The notes beneath the pieces were generated by a model. The model did not search any database. It saw only the letters and a list, made by a program, of their open reading frames with translations, and was not told the DNA's origin. Of a DNA stretch of 64,000 nt, positions 1 to 8,290 are shown in pieces (positions within the stretch are counted from its first letter, which is position 1; each line of letters starts with the position of its first letter). Made by a program: the position numbers and the translations under genes. The stretch comes from Schmidtea polychroa (taxonomy: Eukaryota): the NCBI GenBank assembly GCA_044892525.1, contig CM097885.1:211668001-211732000 (forward strand). Reading direction: 5' to 3'.

Positions 1-66
1 TATTGTTCCACCACCTCTATTACATGGAATATAAGAACTCATTTATTAATAATTTAAAATGAATCT

Positions 67-831
67 TCAAACCTGTTTCAAATGTAAATACATTGAAATC
101 TCTTCTCCATTAAAATCAATCAATTCTCCTTCTTGATTAAGAATTTTAAAATTAATATCCATTATATATTTTCTACATAAAGGTAAATAATTTGGAGGAT
201 TCATTCTTTCAACTATTTTATATCCCATAGGAACTGTGTTTGAGGGAAAGGAATATAAAACATTTGTTTGTTTACCATTATTATAAGAACCTGTTATACA
301 ATCGCAATGAATATTTATTGTGTTTGTATTTATTATTTTTATAATATGTTCTGATGTTATTATTTTATCTTCTTTTATTGTTATATCCATAGGTTTAAAT
401 CCTAAAACTGTGTGAAAGAAACAATTATCTAAAAAACTAATTTTTATATTCTTCAAAGTCATTACACATTTTGAAGTTGGTATATCCATTTTAATTTTAA
501 TACCTTCATTTGTTTTTTTAGAAAGTATATCATTTAAATCTTTTATCTCATATGCCCCAGGTTCTATTGTTATAATTTCTGGTTTATGCCCATCACGAGT
601 TTGAATAGTAAATTTATTATTATCTTTAGTTATATTAAAAATAGTATTATAAGCACAAAACCATAATAGCCCCAATTCATAATTTAAATTTTGATCTAAT
701 TTAATTGAATCTTGAAAGTTTATAGTAAAGTCTGATTCTTTTGAATTTATAGATAAAGTTCTTGAATATTTATCTGACATTATGTTTACCATTTTTTTTA
801 AATTATCTTCCGGAGGGTTGTGAAGCTCCAT
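67..831 (-). CDS. Minor capsid protein (penton-like, single jelly-roll) of element A
   Basis: 254 aa with Polinton minor-capsid motifs: F..SIKLD..YELGL..F..YNTI.NI..DNNKF, GAYEIKDLN, INIHCDCITGSY.NG....VLYSF, GYKIVE....P.YLPL, DINFKILNQ.G.LIDFNGE. Confidence 0.85.
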   Translation of the reverse strand: MELHNPPEDNLKKMVNIMSDKYSRTLSINSKESDFTINFQDSIKLDQNLNYELGLLWFCAYNTIFNITKDNNKFTIQTRDGHKPEIITIEPGAYEIKDLNDILSKKTNEGIKIKMDIPTSKCVMTLKNIKISFLDNCFFHTVLGFKPMDITIKEDKIITSEHIIKIINTNTINIHCDCITGSYNNGKQTNVLYSFPSNTVPMGYKIVERMNPPNYLPLCRKYIMDINFKILNQEGELIDFNGEEISMYLHLKQV

Positions 832-879
832 TTCTTTAGTAGTAAATTCATATAGTAAAAATCCTTATAGTAAAAATCC

Positions 880-1344
880 TTATAGTAGAGATTCTAGATC
901 ATTATAAATTTCTTGAATTATAGATTCAAAATCCTGCGTATGCCCCTTTCCCTCTCCCTTATTCAATCTATACAAAACATATAAACTTAAAATACCACAT
1001 ATTTTAGTATTCAAAGGTTGAACTTGTAAAGAGTTAAAAGTATAACCATTTGGGGAATCAATCGGAGAACCCCTCAAGAGATAATCTTCAACTTCTTTAG
1101 TAGGTTTAATCCCAAAAGAATCAAAGTAGATAGATTTCTTATATATACAAACCCAATGAGATCCTTTTTCATTTGAATTTTGATAATTGATTATTATATT
1201 CAGGGGACTCTCCAGACTTGATAATTCATCATTCATTAATATTTTAATTTTTAAATTTAAATAATTTGCATAATCTTTTAAATCAAAATTTGTTTTTGCA
1301 TTTATTCCAAATGTTTTTAAAAAATCTAATATTGAAGGAGTCAT
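880..1344 (-). CDS. Adenain-like cysteine protease (C5/Ulp1 fold), element A
   Basis: GSHWV (catalytic His), YFDSFG (Asp), QVQ...KICG (oxyanion Gln, catalytic Cys). Confidence 0.9.
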   Translation of the reverse strand: MTPSILDFLKTFGINAKTNFDLKDYANYLNLKIKILMNDELSSLESPLNIIINYQNSNEKGSHWVCIYKKSIYFDSFGIKPTKEVEDYLLRGSPIDSPNGYTFNSLQVQPLNTKICGILSLYVLYRLNKGEGKGHTQDFESIIQEIYNDLESLL

Positions 1345-1366
1345 TTTGTATTTTAAAACTTCGTAT

Positions 1367-2261
1367 TTATAACTTCGTATACTTATTAAATTTATCTTTT
1401 GAAATTATTCCTTGTTTTAACAAATCTTTAGAAATCTTTAAAATATCAGAATCTAAATTATTATGTCCTGCTTTCCTTGCAGCTAATAGTTTTCTTAATT
1501 CAATAAAAAGATTGATGGGATTTGGTTTACCACCTTCACTAATTAATCCCTCTCCCTCTGTAACAACATAACCCTTTTCATTTTTATTTAAATAATTCTT
1601 TAAATCTTGAATATATTTTGCTTTAGAACTAGCTCTTATTAATCTTATTAAATTTAAATATTTTTTAATTTCTTCAACATCATCTGAAGAATATCCACAA
1701 AGTAATCTATAAAAATCATCTGTAAATTCAAAGTCTAAATATTCATTATTATAAACATTTTGTGAATGAATACGTGATTTATTTTCTGAATTTGATTATA
1801 AAGTAAAGTTTTGTTTATTAATTGTTATTATTTGATATCCTTCAGTATTAGTATTAAATGTGGGTCTAATTGAAGGAGGTAAATCATCTCTAATTTTAGG
1901 ATCAACTTTAAGAGGTTTTGTTTTTAAAAACATTTCTTCTTCTTCCACATTAGAAATTCTTCTGCGTTTTCTTTGATTTCTTTCAGAATGACTTTCAGGA
2001 TGGTTTTCACTGGATTCTTTTTCTTTATCCTGCCACTCTAGTTCTTTATATTTTTTGTTTTTTATCTTCTAACTCTTTAAATTTTGCTTGCTCATTGAAA
2101 TCTTCCAACTCTTTTATAGCTTTAATTGTTGGCCCCTGTTGTTGTGTTATTACCTCATTTAATATTATAGATTCAGCATGTTGAGTTGTATCTTTTTTAT
2201 TATATTTATCTTGTTCTGATTGTAATTTTTTTAAAAGTGCTAATCTTTCTTCATATACCAT
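1367..2261 (-). pseudogene. Disrupted Polinton conserved hypothetical gene (coiled-coil N-terminus, C-terminal LRKLLAARKAGHN motif)
   Basis: ORF 2046-2261 continues after a frameshift near 2050 and one in-frame TAA near 1797 to a stop at 1367-1369. The C-terminus LFIELRKLLAARKAGHNN resembles the L..L.A.K.AG.N motif seen in Polinton accessory proteins. Confidence 0.6.
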
Positions 2262-2283
2262 TTTAATGGTATCAAAAATGGTA

Positions 2284-2862
2284 TCATAGTTCGAAGGGCT
2301 TCAAGTATAATCCTTTACCATTTTTAGTTTTACAAAGGCATCCATTCTTTAAAGATTTACATATTTTTTTTAAATCTTCTTTATCTTTTGAAGATAAAGA
2401 TTCAGATGTAGAAATTTGATTTTTTAAAAAATCATTTAAACCTCTACCTTTATAAGGATCAAGATAGAGACCTTTGCCCTGAGACTTTTGCCGACTCCCC
2501 TCATATGGATTAAGATAGAGACCCTTTCCAACGGACACTCCCCCTTTAGCTTGCCCTACCTTCTTCATTGAATCGATTTCAGTTTGTAGTTTTTCTTTTT
2601 CTAGGTCTGTCTTTTGAGATTCTTTAGCTTTTTGAACTGTAGTTGCAATTCCTCCAGCTATTCCAGCAGCACCTGATAAACCAGCAATGATTGCAGGTAT
2701 TAAAGCACCTAATGGAAGAATGCCACCTTCTTTAGCTTCGTGGAGCTTCGCTCTAACTTGTTCTTTTACATGTTTTCCAATAAAATATTTTTTACCATCA
2801 ATTACTACTGATTTATTTTTATTTGAATTTATTAATTCTTGCAAAGATTCTTCAGTTGTCAT
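2284..2862 (-). CDS. Putative virion core/membrane-active precursor with GG-ILPL hydrophobic segment and three GKGLYLxP repeats
   Basis: EGGILPLGALIPAIIAGLSGAAGIAGG followed by GKGLYLNPY, GKGLYLDPY and GKGLYLKPF. The Met at 2862 is the more plausible start. Confidence 0.6.
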   Translation of the reverse strand: MTTEESLQELINSNKNKSVVIDGKKYFIGKHVKEQVRAKLHEAKEGGILPLGALIPAIIAGLSGAAGIAGGIATTVQKAKESQKTDLEKEKLQTEIDSMKKVGQAKGGVSVGKGLYLNPYEGSRQKSQGKGLYLDPYKGRGLNDFLKNQISTSESLSSKDKEDLKKICKSLKNGCLCKTKNGKGLYLKPFEL

Positions 2863-2878
2863 TTTATAATAAATAAAA

Positions 2879-3670
2879 ATGGATACTTGGAAACCAATTT
2901 TAAATAGACATAAGAGTAAATTCAATAATAAAGTATTTCCTGATAATTTTAGATTATTAATTGTTGGTTCTTCTGGATGTGGAAAGAATGTACTTGTTTT
3001 GAGAATGTTACTTGAAGATGATTTTTTAGATTATAATAATTTAATCTTTTATTCTACAACCATAAATCAACCAGAATTACAACTTTTGAAATGTGGATTT
3101 GAAAATAAATTAACTAAAAAAGCAATAATTGATATTTTTAAAAATCAACATAGGTGTCCTGAAGAAGTTTTTCAACCTTGTGATATGGTTGATTGGTATA
3201 AGGAAAAGATTTTAGAATCAGATATTAGTAATAAAAATGATTATATTTGTGAAGAAGGGCAGGAGGCAATTCAAGTTTTATTCTCTAATAAACCTGAAGA
3301 TGTTTTACATTGTGATTTACTTCCTAAAGATAAAAAGAATCTAGTTATATTTGATGATGTTGTTAATATGAAAAATCAAGAGATTCAAAAGAGTTACTTT
3401 ACACGAGGTCGACATAATAATTGTAATGTTATTTATATATCTCAAACATATTATGCTTTAGATAAAAATTCAATAAGAAATAATTCCAATTGTTTTATAT
3501 TTTTTAAATTAGATCGCCGTGATAAGAATATGATTTATAATGATTTATTTTCAAATGTTGAACCTGATAAGAATATGTTTGATATGTTTGTTGATAATCA
3601 TTGGAAAGAAAAATATAATTATATTTATTTGGATAGAGAAGAAGCTGAAATATGGAAAAGTTTGTTTTAG
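2879..3670 (+). CDS. A32/FtsK-like genome-packaging ATPase, element A
   Basis: Walker A GSSGCGKN (GKT to GKN variant), Walker B LVIFDD, arginine motif TRGRH, ISQTY, IRNN. Confidence 0.92.
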   Translation: MDTWKPILNRHKSKFNNKVFPDNFRLLIVGSSGCGKNVLVLRMLLEDDFLDYNNLIFYSTTINQPELQLLKCGFENKLTKKAIIDIFKNQHRCPEEVFQPCDMVDWYKEKILESDISNKNDYICEEGQEAIQVLFSNKPEDVLHCDLLPKDKKNLVIFDDVVNMKNQEIQKSYFTRGRHNNCNVIYISQTYYALDKNSIRNNSNCFIFFKLDRRDKNMIYNDLFSNVEPDKNMFDMFVDNHWKEKYNYIYLDREEAEIWKSLF

Positions 3671-3681
3671 GGCTTGTCGAC

Positions 3682-5067
3682 TTAAACATCTGTTTTCTGT
3701 AGTTCATTATTATAAAATCCACCTAATATTTTTTCATTATTTAAATCAAAGATGCTATATGTTATTGGAGTTGTATAATTTATTTTATTTATAATAAAAA
3801 TTTCATTTGTCCATTTTGCTGTGAATCCTTTTTCAAATTTATTTTTATATTTAAATATTCTTACTCGGTCACCAATTTTAAACTTTGGTTTTTCAATAAC
3901 ATCATTTTCAATATTTACCACTTTAATGGTTTCAGGCTTCATGGAAGCATTTAAAGGTGTTAATTTTATAGAACTATGTACATCATTATTATATTCATTT
4001 ACAATCTTTTGTAACAATTCATTGTTCCATTTTTGTTTTCCAATAGCAGTAAAATATTTCCACATTTTATTTTTTAATGTTCTATTTAATCTTTCAACTA
4101 CGACTGTTTTTCCTTCGTTTTCTGTTGAATATAATTTAATATCATTTTCATTTAAAAACTTTGTAAAAACTTTGTTATAAAATTCTGTTCCTTTATCACA
4201 CCATAAATATTTTGGGATTCTTTGATTTTCTTCAAATATATTTTCAAATGCTTCTGTAATAGAATATCCTGTTTTATTTTCTAAACACCTTGCAAAAGCA
4301 AATCTTGTATATAAATCTATTACAGTTAAAATTATTTTATATTTTTCAGGGTCTGATGATTTGGGCATAAAGACTAAATCTGCAGACCATGTTTGATCTT
4401 TTTCATGTACTTGAACTTTTAAATATTTTTTATTTTTTCTAAATTCATGGTGTAATTCCTTTGCATATTTTATTTCTGATTCTGTTGGGGTTTGTAAACT
4501 AGTCTTGGATATATTCTCAAGGGATCTTTCAATGTCTGCTTGTTCGATAATCTTTTTATAAGCAACATCTTTTGCTATTCTAGGAAGTCTTGCACCCATG
4601 GTGATCGGACTGTGTCCTAAGCCTATGAAAATCTTACCTTTCATTGCTAATTTAACTAGAGCTCTTTGAATCTTTTCTTGGGTTGATGGATTTTGGATAC
4701 TATTTAAATCATGTATTAAATTCACATCTGCAACATGTCTATCTCTAAGATTTGTTGAATTGTATGCAATGTCATGTTTTAAAGCTGCTTGATCAATTCT
4801 ATTTATTGGTTCTTCTCCTTGTTTGGGATTATTATTTTCATCTAATCTAATATCTAATCTTGTTCCTGGTCCGGTGTAGTTGTGTTTAAATAAATGTCTT
4901 TCACCTGGATATTTTTCTGTAGTAAAAGGTTTTAATATTGAAGATGTTGTTTTTGAAGATTGTAGATCGCCTCCTGTATGTTTTTTAGTTTTTAAATGAC
5001 TTGCTTTATGATGTCTTGTAACTTGACAATTACAAGTTTCACATCTCCAATATTTATTTAGAGACAT
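3682..5067 (-). CDS. Zn-finger + parvovirus-type PLA2 domain + retroviral-type (rve) integrase fusion
   Basis: N-terminal CxxC...H..H finger; HNYTGPGT and DQAALKHDIAY PLA2 motifs; DDE core SADLV / WCDKGTEF / VVERLNRTLK; no C-terminal chromodomain. Confidence 0.9.
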   Translation of the reverse strand: MSLNKYWRCETCNCQVTRHHKASHLKTKKHTGGDLQSSKTTSSILKPFTTEKYPGERHLFKHNYTGPGTRLDIRLDENNNPKQGEEPINRIDQAALKHDIAYNSTNLRDRHVADVNLIHDLNSIQNPSTQEKIQRALVKLAMKGKIFIGLGHSPITMGARLPRIAKDVAYKKIIEQADIERSLENISKTSLQTPTESEIKYAKELHHEFRKNKKYLKVQVHEKDQTWSADLVFMPKSSDPEKYKIILTVIDLYTRFAFARCLENKTGYSITEAFENIFEENQRIPKYLWCDKGTEFYNKVFTKFLNENDIKLYSTENEGKTVVVERLNRTLKNKMWKYFTAIGKQKWNNELLQKIVNEYNNDVHSSIKLTPLNASMKPETIKVVNIENDVIEKPKFKIGDRVRIFKYKNKFEKGFTAKWTNEIFIINKINYTTPITYSIFDLNNEKILGGFYNNELQKTDV

Positions 5068-5096
5068 TTTAAAATGTTAAAATATCAGGGATTATA

Positions 5097-6372
5097 TTAA
5101 GAATCTCCCCTAACATTTTCGATTATTGAAATCTTTCCACCATATAATTTCATTTCTATTTTCTTTTCTTCTAATATTAATGTATATACTTTAGCTTTAA
5201 AATTAGAATCCTTTGTTACATGAAGTGTAACATCAACATTATTTATGGCTAATCGATCATCTTGGTCTGATACATTTATACAAAATATAGAATATAAATT
5301 TTTGAAATCTTCTAAACTTAATTGCGGTTCAACTTTGAAATCATAACATGTTTCAATATAATTTAGATATGGGAATATGTTTTCATTATTTTCAATATTA
5401 AATTCCATTCTATTTATTGGATAATAAGAACTATTTAATTGAATTTGTATTGTTTTTAAATTATCATCTCCAATCTTTTGAATAAATAGATTGTTATTTT
5501 TTTGGAAAGATGAATCTGTTTCTTTGAATCCAATCAAGATATATCTTGGTCGGTATGCTAAATTTGCTACCTTTATAGAATATGTTGAACCCTCTGTCAT
5601 ACTAAATTCACTACAGATTCTATTTAAATAATTTACATTTATAGACTTGTTGGAATTTAATCTTTCAAGGAGTTTAATCTCAGAATGTGGGTTTAATGTC
5701 CATTCAGGTATATGTAATTCAAGTGTTGATAATTTTAATTTAGCTTTTGTATCTACAGCTCCATAGAACAATCTTTTATCACCTTCTACTCTATTACAGA
5801 TGAATTCTATAAAAACATTATGAAGTATACGATTATAGTTTTGAAGGAATCCAAACAAGTGTTTTAATTCAAAATAACCTTCAAAGTTCAGCTCTTTTAT
5901 GGTAACCATGGTTTACATCTAAACCATCTTTATCTAAATCCCCTTTATTAACATCAGGAATCCAACCTGTTAATTCACCATATTCGTTTTTATAATCACA
6001 ACCAGTCAAAATAAAATTTAACATTGTAGAATATACTCCCGGATGCAAAACAGTTTCAATTTCTGATGATCCTAGTTTTAATCTCATGTTGGAGAATAAA
6101 TTTGGAAAGAAATTATTTTCTAGGGTTATATCTTTGTTTGCTTCAATTTCTAATTCTACTTTGTAATATAATTTGGCATTACAAATATCTATTGGGTTTG
6201 ATGTTTGAAGAGATTGAAAAACTATATCACCCCTACGATTTAAGTTTGCAATAGATCCTGAAGTTGGAGAGATTTTTAAAATATCATTTTTTTTAATTTC
6301 ATGAGTAAATTCTTTATTATAATCAAGATTTAATTTATTTTTTTCTTGAATTTTAAGATTTATGTTATTCAT
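5097..6372 (-). pseudogene. Major capsid protein (double jelly-roll) of element A, split by a frameshift near 5881-5909
   Basis: Two overlapping ORFs (163 aa and 270 aa) together give LENNFFPNLFS...HPG, ELKHLFGF..YNRIL, RPRYILIGF and YSIFCINVS.Q, typical of Polinton MCPs. Confidence 0.8.
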
Positions 6373-6428
6373 TTTTATATATTAAAATTTACACACACAA
6401 AATAGGATTAATTAAATATATTATGTAA

Positions 6429-6501
6429 GCCATTATAGCGGAGTGGGAATAGGCTTCAATTTTATCACCGGGAGTACCGGGTTCAATTTTCGATTTTGGT
6501 C
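6429..6501 (+). ncRNA. tRNA-like Pol III-type unit 1 (degenerate)
   Basis: 73 nt; A-box TAGCGGAGTGG, B-box-like GGTTCAATT, partial acceptor pairing GCCA/TGGT, T5 run at 6504-6508; anticodon stem does not pair. Confidence 0.5.
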
Positions 6502-6671
6502 AATTTTTATCGATATTTTATTTCAACGGAATCTGATTCAGCGTACTGATTTTAGTATATATTTAAATTTTCAGATGGATCTGAGTGGTAGTTGTCGAGA
6601 AAATGAATAATTAATTATTAATTTCATCAATAAATAGTCACACATTAACAACTTATTTTATATTGAGTATA

Positions 6672-6744
6672 GCTCTAATAGCTTAGTGGTAATAGCACTC
6701 GACTGCATTGCCAATACCAATGGGTTCAAATCCCATTTCGGTCA
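6672..6744 (+). ncRNA. tRNA-like Pol III-type unit 2 (GCA at anticodon position but anticodon stem unpaired)
   Basis: 73 nt; A-box TAGCTTAGTGG, D-stem GCT/AGC, perfect T-arm ATGGG-TTCAAAT-CCCAT, T8 terminator immediately after. Confidence 0.65.
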
Positions 6745-6908
6745 TTTTTTTTCAAATTTTTTTTAACGAAATATTGATCAGCATACTCGATTTAGTACTT
6801 GTACAAATTTTTAAGGAGATTGGTCAACGGCAACTCTTGGAAATTTAAGATCAAAAACGTTTTAACTACCAAAAATTAATATATCCAATAAAAAAAATAT
6901 TTATAAAA

Positions 6909-7205
6909 ATGGATGAGTTAAAAGAAAGAATGAGAAATGAATTGAATGAAGTTAAACATAAGAGAATGAAAAGAAGAGAAGAAGAACCATTAGAATACAT
7001 CAAAGAGTTGATGGTAGATAATGAAAAGTATCGACATTTTTATATGAAGGCTGTAGATGTTGCTGATATAAGATTGAAGAAAATGAAACAATTACAGGAA
7101 AGAGTTAAAGAACTTGAATCGATTATTTATAGTCTAAAAAATGACAAAAATTCAAACCTTGATGGCGCAGTGGGAATAGACTGGCACAGTGGTTCAAATG
7201 GATAG
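6909..7205 (+). CDS. Small coiled-coil hypothetical protein (98 aa), element A
   Basis: ATG-initiated, E/K/R/M-rich heptad-like ORF; no recognisable domain. Confidence 0.5.
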   Translation: MDELKERMRNELNEVKHKRMKRREEEPLEYIKELMVDNEKYRHFYMKAVDVADIRLKKMKQLQERVKELESIIYSLKNDKNSNLDGAVGIDWHSGSNG

Positions 7206-7228
7206 TGGTTCAAATCACATCTGAGGTT
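7156..7228 (+). ncRNA. tRNA-like Pol III-type unit 3 (overlaps 3' end of the 98-aa ORF)
   Basis: 73 nt; A-box TGGCGCAGTGG, B-box-like GGTTCAAATC, acceptor stem ACCTTG/TGAGGT (6 of 7 pairs incl. G-U), T8 at 7231-7238. Confidence 0.55.
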
Positions 7229-7430
7229 AGTTTTTTTTCAACATAAAATAATATTAAAAATTTGAAAATAATATTGAAAATAGTGTGGGTATCTTATATT
7301 TATAAAGTACTTGTATATTTTATTTTATTTATTTTATTTTATTTTATTTTTTTATTAATTAATTATTTTTTAAACATAAATATGAAAAAAAAAATATTGA
7401 AACGGGTGATGGTGGCGAACCGGTAATTAT

Positions 7431-7704
7431 CGCCACCTGTCTTTCGAACACCCCCGGATCGATTCCGGTAATGTGCACATATATTTCTCAGTTGTTTTCG
7501 GACCTCTTTCGGATTCGCTTTCGAATTCATTTGTACTTTCGAGCAGCACACTTAAAACGCCGATGAACGCCACCTGTCTTTCGAACACCCCCGGATCGAT
7601 TCCGGTAATGTGCACATTTATTTCTCAGTTGTTTTCGGACCTCTTTCGGATTCGCTTTCGAATTCATTTGTACTTTCGAGCAGCACACTTAAAACGCCGA
7701 TGAA
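7431..7704. repeat. Tandem duplication, 2 x 137 bp, relatively GC-rich
   Basis: Copies start at 7431 and 7568 (CGCCACCTGTC...) and differ at one base (CACATATATT vs CACATTTATT). Confidence 0.95.
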
Positions 7705-7850
7705 ATCGTATTCGAGCGAGAAGCGAATAATAAGGTGTGCTGCTATTATCGAATTGATTCTGATGTATGAGTCTGGCCAGCTTGTATATTGGAAGAGATT
7801 TGATAAACGAAAGAGGTTGAATAAAAAAAAAATGATCCGGATCAAAAAAA

Positions 7851-7910
7851 AACTGTTGAGAGGACAGTGAAAAAAAAAAAAAAAAAAACCACTGTCCTCT
7901 CAGAGCAGTT
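7851..7910. other. Hairpin: 13-bp perfect stem with 20-nt poly-A loop
   Basis: TGAGAGGACAGTG (7857-7869) / CACTGTCCTCTCA (7890-7902), extendable by AACTG/CAGTT. Confidence 0.85.
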
Positions 7911-8045
7911 TTACTATTTCATAAAATTTTTTATTTTTAAAACTTTCAAAACCTTAAGGTGATCAGGCGACCTAGATCATTATGAATTAGGTAATCTGAT
8001 ATTCTTATAACATTAAATCCTTATAACATTAAATCCTTAAGACCA

Positions 8046-8290
8046 AGTAGTGAGGAATCTATGCACCCCGTTACCTTTTCTCGGAATTACTAATCTATAA
8101 ATACATCTATTCCGAACTTTTTTACTTTTAAGGGAAGAAATTAAGGGTTAATGGCAATAGGGGACAAAGTTTAAAAGTTAAAAAAAGTGAAGAATATGGG
8201 GTAAAAAAGCATATAAATGTGGAAAATATGGGTCAATAGCGCTGTTTTTTTGAGGGTGGGGGTGCTGGGGTGCATAGATTCCTCAATACT
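8046..8290. repeat. 24-bp inverted repeat of a Maverick-type terminal sequence (245 bp span)
   Basis: AGTAGTGAGGAATCTATGCACCCC (8046-8069) vs GGGGTGCATAGATTCCTCAATACT (8267-8290), 23/24 match; no TSD around the pair. Confidence 0.85.

Larger units (their letters stand above)
1..8290. mobile_element. Polinton/adintovirus-like element A, right-hand part (left end and PolB presumably outside window), partly decayed
   Basis: Clustered penton, adenain, A32-like ATPase, rve integrase and major capsid ORFs. Sequence ends in ...CCTCAATACT at 8290 (reverse complement AGTATTGAGG, resembling the AGTAGT Maverick terminus). Right boundary is inferred. Confidence 0.85.

Noticed and set aside
1266-1571. 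Short antisense ORFs overlapping Polinton genes (also 2687-2869, 3821-4180, 13848-14174, 21973-22224, 60483-60974 and others)
   Set aside because: Shadow ORFs opposite well-supported genes, with no motifs of their own
5881-5909. Programmed frameshift or intron in element A major capsid
   Set aside because: No slippery heptamer or GT-AG segment at the junction; the junction looks shorter than expected, consistent with a deletion
6672-6744. Functional tRNA-Cys(GCA)
   Set aside because: Anticodon stem (CTCGA/GCCAA) does not pair and the acceptor stem has two mismatches; kept only as tRNA-like
7431-7704. CRISPR-like array (also considered for the TIR units)
   Set aside because: No unique spacers between repeats, units far too long, eukaryotic context
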